Positions 57,797 to 64,000 of a stretch of DNA of 64,000 nucleotides are shown in pieces; positions within the stretch are counted from its first letter, which is position 1; the number at the start of each line of letters is the position of its first letter. The stretch is from contig JBGPGO010000007.1 in NCBI GenBank assembly GCA_041483895.1, positions 146,582 to 210,581 on the forward strand, written 5' to 3'. Below the pieces are notes generated by a model that searched no databases, was not told the DNA's origin, and saw only the letters and a program-made list of their open reading frames with translations. Both the position numbers and the translations under genes were made by a program. This stretch comes from Fimbriimonadia bacterium (GTDB taxonomy: Bacteria > Armatimonadota > Fimbriimonadia > Fimbriimonadales > JABRVX01).

Positions 57797-58618
57797 TCAG
57801 GAGCGGTCGGCGCCTTGGAGCCGCGCATTCAGCACGGCGAGCCTTACTCGTGAAATGTCGAGTGCAGCCGATGGGGAGACGCCTAAGGCGTCGATCGGCA
57901 TTTGCGGCAGATAAGTTTTTTTCTCTTCCTTTATCATCCCTATCTGAAACAGCTTGGTGAGGCTAGGCCGCACGATTTTTTCCGATCCGATGACTTCGCA
58001 GAGTTCGGCGTAACTGATCGGGTGCGACACGTAAATGCCGCACAATGTCACGTATTCCTCGAATGTCAGTGGCTGAAGTAGTCGCGCCGCGCGCTCGGAC
58101 TTCAAGTACCATTGACGGGCGATGCGTAGATCTATATCTGAAAGGACTCGACCCCGTGAAACGGATTGTGCCGGGTCATAGTATATGATGCTATCCTGGT
58201 CGAGGAGTCGGAGCGGGCCATGATTAATGAAGCTGTCCGAATCCCGGAATTTGATCGGATTGAACACAACAAGTTTATCATGCAGCTTGTTATTCAATGC
58301 AAATGCAGTGACTTCAGCGATCGTACCGGCTGAGCCGAGAAATATTACTATCAAATCCGACTCTTCGGCTTTCTTGACTTCAATGGACAAGAGATCGCCT
58401 TTCTTCTTGACCCTCACGTCATCAAGCCCCTCGATCTCTTCGCCCAGGAAGGCATCGCAGCCCATTTTTCGGTTCAGTTCGTGACGCAGCTGGCGGCGCA
58501 AATCTCTGCCGCGAGGTTCGGGCTGAGAACCGCACAAGAACACTTTGAGCCTGCGACCCATTTGCATATGGGCAAACAAGCCGCTCAGGTAGAAGGATTT
58601 CGGGGTGGCGTTATCCAT
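57797..58618 (-). CDS. Retron type II (Eco1/Ec86, St85-like) effector: NDT-like domain plus putative winged helix
   Basis: VFLCG, DLLSIE...AEESDLIVIFLGSAGTIAEVTAF and SFINHGP; C-terminal ISYAELCEVI...LTKLFQIGMI. ATG at 58618 is preferred. Confidence 0.85.
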   Translation of the reverse strand: MDNATPKSFYLSGLFAHMQMGRRLKVFLCGSQPEPRGRDLRRQLRHELNRKMGCDAFLGEEIEGLDDVRVKKKGDLLSIEVKKAEESDLIVIFLGSAGTIAEVTAFALNNKLHDKLVVFNPIKFRDSDSFINHGPLRLLDQDSIIYYDPAQSVSRGRVLSDIDLRIARQWYLKSERAARLLQPLTFEEYVTLCGIYVSHPISYAELCEVIGSEKIVRPSLTKLFQIGMIKEEKKTYLPQMPIDALGVSPSAALDISRVRLAVLNARLQGADRS

Positions 58619-58706
58619 TGGGTTAAGCCTAATTGCCTTCCTGTCGAGTCGCTCCAACGCTAAAGTGGAGTAGATGGTACCCGACCTGTTGACCAACAAT
58701 AGATTT

Positions 58707-58805
58707 TAGTCGGCCCGCCGCCCGGATCGCCTCTTCCTGCCCGGCCCGAAATTCAGCCGTCGGATTTCCGAGCGCCTCTCGAAGCAAATGAACCAGCGAA
58801 GTCAT
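58707..58805 (-). pseudogene. N-terminal remnant of a RecQ-family helicase
   Basis: GGAGG RBS and MTSLVHLLREALGNPTAEFRAGQEEAI (FRxGQxEAI motif 0). Similarity ends before Walker A. Confidence 0.75.
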
Positions 58806-58875
58806 GTCACATCCCTCCGACGGCAATAGACTCGCACATCGCCCCGGTTTGTGACAAGCGTTCAGAAAAAAATCC

Positions 58876-61800
58876 TTAAAATCGGAGCGTGTAGTCCACG
58901 GAGCCGACCGTCCAGTTCCTGTCCCGGTCGTTGGGGACCGCATGTTGGTACTGCGTGTCGGCAATCGAGAAGGAGAGCGCGTTCTGAGGATTGACCGTGT
59001 AGGAGTACCGGAGGGAAACCGTATGGCCGATGGTCGAATTGCCGTAGATGTTGGACGACTCCAGCCCATAGCCGACCGACCACAGGTCCAATCCCTTGGG
59101 GTTCTTCATGTTCAACGTCAGGCCGCCTTTGCGAGCGACCTGGCCCTTCGTATCGTCATAGTTGGTTAGGTAGCTGCCGACGATCTCGTTGCGCTTGTCC
59201 AGCCTCATCCCCAGCGCCCAGTTGCTGGTTCCCGTCGGATTGATGATCGTGCCGAAGGGAACGTTTTGCTGCGCCTTTTCCGGGTTGGCGCTCAGATCAT
59301 GGGTGAGCGTCAGGAAGTTGCCCATTTTGTAGTCGAGATGATAGGTACGAATGATCTGCTGAATGTCGCCCGGTAGCGTGCGAATCTTATAGAGAACGTT
59401 GGCGTGGAACGTCTGTTTCGGATCCGGGTTGGTCGTGTAGTTGAATGTTCGATCCACTGCCCGGAAGCCGGATGGAGTCATCGCGCCGCCGTAGCTCCAT
59501 GCGAGCTTGCTCGTGCCCCAATCGGCGGAGAAGCTGCCGGTTTTGTTCTCTGTCTTCCACACCGTGGCTTCCGCAAGGCTCTGATAACCGAATGCGAAGG
59601 TGGCGTTCTTCAGCGGTCCGAAACGGAACGGCTTGGTGTTCTTCAGCCCAAACTGCCCGGTGGCTTTCGTGTTCGTGGCATCGCTTCGATCCTCAACGTA
59701 TCCGCCGGAAAGTTCCAGGTTTCGGAAGGTGGTCTGGCTGATGCTCCAGTTCTGCGTCGCTTTCCCTAGACCCTGGCTGTTGAGCATGCGCGTGTACGAC
59801 CATTGGAATTTGGTACCTTTACCCAGGTCGTATCCGACGCCGTATATTCGGTGCACCTCGTCCGCCCGCTTGTCATCTCGATCGATGGTCTTTTCCGTTA
59901 CAGAAAGGTTCAGGCGCTTGGTGATGTTCCCGGAAATGCCATTTACGTCGGTATGCTCTTTGTTTCCCGCGCTGTCGTCCATGACCAGGTGTTCGGAGAC
60001 CAGTCCCAATCCGCCGAAGGGCGATCCTTCGTATTTCCAATACTGAGTCTGTTTGTCGACGCCTGTCGCTGTCGTTCCGCCGCTTGATTCCCGCTCCGTA
60101 AAGCTTGCCAGTTTCCCGATTTTGCCGAAATCCCGATTGAGGGTAGTCTTCTCGTGCTGGTAATCACTCAAACTAGCGATCGGGGAATCTGCTTTGAGCC
60201 GATCGTTGAGGTGAGTGAACCCAGTGTTCTTGTCCGGCGCCCAGTTGATGAAGAACTTCGTCTGTCCTCGTTCGATGGCCATATCGGGATTGCTCGCCCC
60301 GAATTGGAACAGCTCCGCGGAGAGATTCTTGAGCAGCTTTATCTTCCCGGAAAAATCAAACTGCTTGAACCCGCGCAGTTCGGATAGCAGGCCCGTCTCC
60401 GGGTCAGCCAGATCAGCCGCCCTGGTGAATCCATTGTCCACGTTTCGGAAGTTCGCGAGGAGCTCGTAGTTGCCGCCTTTGAATCCGATGGTTCTTCGGG
60501 TAAAGCCGCCGCCTTCGCCACCGAGCGCCAAGTCCCTTACGCTTATGGTGCCGTTCTTTCCGAGCGCCAATCCCAATGACCACTCGTGGCGAGAAAGGCC
60601 CGTTTCATTCGCATAAAATTTCCGTTCTGATTCGAGCAGGTCGCCGATTCTGCTGAATCCCGCATCGATGCTTTGGTCCAAATAGTTGAACGATATGGTT
60701 TTCGTTGACAGACCGAATCGCTTGCGGTCGATGCCGCCATTCTTACCATCGATCGAATACATGTCGAAGGCCAGCTTGCCGAACTTTTGGTCCAGTGAGA
60801 AGCCTCTATAGTCGCGGGTAAGGCCCGCCTGGCGTACCAAGAACTCCTTGTCTTTCGGTCCGATGGCGTTGTCATCCGACTGGTAGCTTTGGTGGATTTC
60901 GTGGATGGCGGCGTCCTGCTCGTCCGGGCGCAAGTTGCCGAGTCCCGAAAAGCCGGCATCCGCCTGCGTGGAGGTCCAACGAAGACCCCAACCGAGGCCA
61001 TTGAACATCAGGTTGCGGCGGACGAAATCCCCGCCGCTCGTTTCGACCCGATCCTCGGCGAAAGTGTTCCAAACATCCTTGCGCCGCATGAAGTCCAGAA
61101 GCTGGAGCCGGAAACCGCTGCGATGGAAGCCGGTTTCCTTTTGCCACTGGCCGCGCTCGCCTTCCGCCAGGTCGCCGAACCGGGTGAAACCTGTGCCGAT
61201 CGTTTGATCGTAATGCGAAAGCTTCGCGACCTTCGTATCGAGCGAAAGGTTTTGCTGATGGATTTCCCCTCCCGCGTCCCGAATGCTCTTGTCGTCGTAC
61301 TTCAGCAATCCATCTTTGAGAGCCAGCGCCGCGCCCATATTGTCTCGCGTGATGCCCTTTTCCTTTGCCCACTGTTGGGCGTCGGCGTCGTTCAGGTCCT
61401 TGAAACGTGTGAACTGCGGATCAACCCACCGGGAGCTCCATGAAAAGCTGGCCGCGCCTGCCTTGAAATCAAATCCGCGGCGCTCGATGCTTCCCTGCCC
61501 GTCCGTGATGCGGCTGAACAGGCTGCTGAAGTCCGTCGAGCCGGTTCCGTACCCCAGGCTGTAGCCGAGACGGTTGATCCCTTTTTCCTTTTGCCATTGG
61601 TTGACCTGATCTTGGCTCGCTCCTTGTCCGGTGAGCCCTTCAAAGCCATTGAACTTCGCGCCGATGTCGGAATAGTTGACGTTCGCCCGGAAGCCGCCTT
61701 CTTTCAGCGCCAGGTTTTGGTAGATGAACCGATCCATGACGCTCTCCTTCGTCGATCCTTGCTTCGTGTCCGGTGAATTGGGATTGGCGAATGACTTGAC

Positions 61801-62373
61801 GCCCTGCTGAGAGGACATGAAGTAGATGCCGGATAGGCTGGACCCGCCTCCCAGTTGGAAGTTGTTTGCGATTCCATAGGTCATGCGCTGCAAAATGCTT
61901 CCATCTTGCAATCGTTCCGCGCCCATTAGGCCGAACGAAGCCTTAATCGCGCCACCTTGGCCGAAACTAAAAGCGAGCAATGGCTGACCCGAAGACTGAT
62001 TTTGCCCAACCAAAGACGGGTCGTGGCGATAGAGTACCGTGACCGATTCTTGGGATCGGACCGCCCGGACGAAGGTGAGCGTGCCCGACGAATAATCGAT
62101 CTGATAGTCCTGGCCCCTGTGGAGAGTTTTCCCGGCCACGTCCACAGTCTCGGTGCCGGGAACGATGCCGCCGTAGCGAAGGGCGTATCCGAATCCGCTC
62201 CCGTTTCCCGGCAATAGATCGGAGGCGGCGGTTCCGGCCACAGTCGGCGTTGACGGTATGTCTGTGTAGCCGCCACTCCCCTGATTCAGGAAGTCGTCGT
62301 ACCATTGCGCGGCCGCCCGTGGCCCGAAGGCCAAAGGAAGTACTAACGCAAGGACGAGGATCAGTTTCCGCAT
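58876..62373 (-). CDS. Large putative outer-membrane beta-barrel protein with internal repeats
   Basis: Signal peptide, amphipathic beta-strand-rich sequence, C-terminal DYTLRF and a recurring (I/V)DxGFxRxxDL motif. Confidence 0.7.
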   Translation of the reverse strand: MRKLILVLALVLPLAFGPRAAAQWYDDFLNQGSGGYTDIPSTPTVAGTAASDLLPGNGSGFGYALRYGGIVPGTETVDVAGKTLHRGQDYQIDYSSGTLTFVRAVRSQESVTVLYRHDPSLVGQNQSSGQPLLAFSFGQGGAIKASFGLMGAERLQDGSILQRMTYGIANNFQLGGGSSLSGIYFMSSQQGVKSFANPNSPDTKQGSTKESVMDRFIYQNLALKEGGFRANVNYSDIGAKFNGFEGLTGQGASQDQVNQWQKEKGINRLGYSLGYGTGSTDFSSLFSRITDGQGSIERRGFDFKAGAASFSWSSRWVDPQFTRFKDLNDADAQQWAKEKGITRDNMGAALALKDGLLKYDDKSIRDAGGEIHQQNLSLDTKVAKLSHYDQTIGTGFTRFGDLAEGERGQWQKETGFHRSGFRLQLLDFMRRKDVWNTFAEDRVETSGGDFVRRNLMFNGLGWGLRWTSTQADAGFSGLGNLRPDEQDAAIHEIHQSYQSDDNAIGPKDKEFLVRQAGLTRDYRGFSLDQKFGKLAFDMYSIDGKNGGIDRKRFGLSTKTISFNYLDQSIDAGFSRIGDLLESERKFYANETGLSRHEWSLGLALGKNGTISVRDLALGGEGGGFTRRTIGFKGGNYELLANFRNVDNGFTRAADLADPETGLLSELRGFKQFDFSGKIKLLKNLSAELFQFGASNPDMAIERGQTKFFINWAPDKNTGFTHLNDRLKADSPIASLSDYQHEKTTLNRDFGKIGKLASFTERESSGGTTATGVDKQTQYWKYEGSPFGGLGLVSEHLVMDDSAGNKEHTDVNGISGNITKRLNLSVTEKTIDRDDKRADEVHRIYGVGYDLGKGTKFQWSYTRMLNSQGLGKATQNWSISQTTFRNLELSGGYVEDRSDATNTKATGQFGLKNTKPFRFGPLKNATFAFGYQSLAEATVWKTENKTGSFSADWGTSKLAWSYGGAMTPSGFRAVDRTFNYTTNPDPKQTFHANVLYKIRTLPGDIQQIIRTYHLDYKMGNFLTLTHDLSANPEKAQQNVPFGTIINPTGTSNWALGMRLDKRNEIVGSYLTNYDDTKGQVARKGGLTLNMKNPKGLDLWSVGYGLESSNIYGNSTIGHTVSLRYSYTVNPQNALSFSIADTQYQHAVPNDRDRNWTVGSVDYTLRF

Positions 62374-62380
62374 GAGTTGG

Positions 62381-63304
62381 TTAGAACTTGGCGCTCACTA
62401 GGGTCAGTCCGGAAGAACCGCCGGAGCTACGGAAGGAAGGCTGGTCGAACCAGCGCCTTCGCGTGGGTCCGCCTTCGATCAGGAAGGTGATCCGCTTCTT
62501 TGCGTCGGCCGTAAGGAAGGCGGCAACAATCGGCGGCTTGGCGCCGGTGCTGACGGCGAGGTCGGTTTTGGCAGCCTCCGCATCGTTTGCCTCTCCGCTG
62601 GATTCGTCAGCGACGTAGATTGGCTCGGTTTTCTGCTTGCGCTGAACGGTCTTGTAGCCCATTTCCGCATCGCTGGGATCGTACGGAACGGAGGCGACCA
62701 GCATGGAGCTGCCGATAAATCCAGGACGGATGTCGGTGGACAGCGAGGGCGCCTTTACAATCGGTTTAGGCAGTTTCTTCGAATTGTCACCCGGACGGGC
62801 CTGTGCCAATCGCACTCGTGGCTCGCCGGCCTTCGCCTGTTCGTTGATAAAGGTATCGGTGACCTTGGGCGCAGGCGCCGGCGTCACCTTCGGCAGGTTC
62901 GGCTTGAGGGTGATTTGCGTGGAGCGATTCGAAGCCATTTCCCTTGGATGCCCCGGATTGCCGCCGATCAGGACGAACAGCGCCCAAATCACGGCGGCGG
63001 CCGTTGCGACCGCGCCTGCCATTCGATAGCGGGCAATGAACTGGCTGAGAACGCTTTTGCGCTGGATGGTGGCGTCGAGAATGTTCGTCCGGAGAGATTG
63101 TGGTGGAGCCACTTTCGGAATCTGCCGGAAAAGGGCCGGGGTCGAGGTCAGGAATCGATACGATTCCTCGCACTCCTGACAGGTCATCCTGTGGTCCTTC
63201 AGCAGGGCCACTTCACTCTCTGAAGCTTCCCCATCGGATATCGCCGAGAGGATTTCCCAGTAGTCCTCACAGCCTCTCTCAGTAGGAGAATTGTATTGAG
63301 ACAC
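62381..63304 (-). CDS. Zinc-finger (zf-HC2) anti-sigma factor-like membrane protein
   Basis: CEDYWEILSAISDGE...HRMTCQEC (HxxxCxxC) and a single TM. Confidence 0.8.
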   Translation of the reverse strand: MSQYNSPTERGCEDYWEILSAISDGEASESEVALLKDHRMTCQECEESYRFLTSTPALFRQIPKVAPPQSLRTNILDATIQRKSVLSQFIARYRMAGAVATAAAVIWALFVLIGGNPGHPREMASNRSTQITLKPNLPKVTPAPAPKVTDTFINEQAKAGEPRVRLAQARPGDNSKKLPKPIVKAPSLSTDIRPGFIGSSMLVASVPYDPSDAEMGYKTVQRKQKTEPIYVADESSGEANDAEAAKTDLAVSTGAKPPIVAAFLTADAKKRITFLIEGGPTRRRWFDQPSFRSSGGSSGLTLVSAKF

Positions 63305-63523
63305 GATAAAGCCTCCAAATCAAACGGTGCTGTTGGATTAGACCTGTGTGGAAAACAATCGTGGCGGGAATGGGTGCTGCCTTTAGGCCGGTATTAGGAC
63401 TGAAGGATTGGAAAAAAATCTCGGACAGGGCAAATACTTTCGGGGACTTTGAGAGTCTACTAAGGGAGTGGCCCTATGTCCGGGGCGGGAAGGCGGCACA
63501 GAAGTGGCATGGGAGACAGCAAT

Positions 63524-63745
63524 ATGCACAACCAAAATGGGACTTCTGCGACCGAAACCATGAAGCAGCTTCACTTTACCAGGGAGGAGGCGCTGGCGCT
63601 CCTCAGTCTATGCATGCTTGCCCCGACACCGCCGGACGTTTTTGCTGAACGGGGGCTGATGAAGCTGGCCCACGCCTGCCGGACCTTTTTGGCCGATGAC
63701 GAACGAGATGCGGACAGCCTCCCCGCCCGGCCTGCGGAGAATTGA
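63524..63745 (+). CDS. Small hypothetical protein
   Basis: ORF with a GGAG RBS; no recognisable motif. Confidence 0.4.
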   Translation: MHNQNGTSATETMKQLHFTREEALALLSLCMLAPTPPDVFAERGLMKLAHACRTFLADDERDADSLPARPAEN

Positions 63746-63860
63746 ATGCGAGGTTCGTAACTGTGGTTGTGTATACTTGCTGGGAATACTATGTCCGATG
63801 CCTCCCGACGAACACAGGCGGAAAAGCTCTACGACGATCTCATCGCGAGATCGCAAGGAG

Positions 63861-64000
63861 TGGAGTGCCCCCGGAAATTTGAACCAATCTTTAGATTAGA
63901 CTCTTTCCCTGAACAAGAAGGAAGGAGACTGGAAATTGAAGCAGAGCAGGTTCACAGAAGAGCAGATCGTCCGGATTCTCTCTGAGGGGGAGCGCGGAGA
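63861..64000 (+). mobile_element. Left end of an IS3-family insertion sequence (IS407-group-like); partial
   Basis: IRL-like TGGAGTGCCCCCGGAAA at 63861. GGAG RBS and TTG at 63936 give OrfA MKQSRFTEEQIVRILSEGERG. Confidence 0.85.

Noticed and set aside
58619..58699. N-terminal extension of the effector from TTG 58699
   Set aside because: The extension starts at the cassette boundary repeat without an RBS; ATG 58618 is more plausible.
1..64000. tRNA, rRNA, prophage or integrase genes
   Set aside because: None were recognised by eye; a tRNAscan/Infernal run would be needed to exclude small RNAs.

Overview
High-GC bacterial window, probably Armatimonadota. This is inferred from the prepilin-type FTLIELLVVIAIIAILAAILFPVFA protein and three secreted proteins ending in the same dockerin-like double Ca-loop domain. 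Most of it is housekeeping or envelope DNA: LacI plus prepilin, a MoxR-DUF58-vWA-DUF4175-DUF4159-tetraheme cytochrome-thioredoxin operon, leuBACD, glycoside hydrolases, trpA, a Fic protein, wecA/wecB/uppP, a cyclase-STAND protein, a subtilase, TldE and pcm. The most notable locus is a complete retron on the minus strand (about 56.6-58.7 kb). Its order is Eco1/St85-type NDT-like effector, then an unannotated ~165-nt msr-msd ncRNA with its own candidate promoter, then a retron RT with a YCDD active site. The retron sits between the extreme 5' and 3' remnants of a RecQ-PRTase gene, directly upstream of an intact dprA-like gene. Other hidden elements are a consensus promoter with a Leu-rich leader-peptide attenuator before leuB, a nonsense-inactivated VapC toxin, several REP-like palindrome families (some translated in-frame inside proteins) and the left end of an IS3-family element at the window edge.
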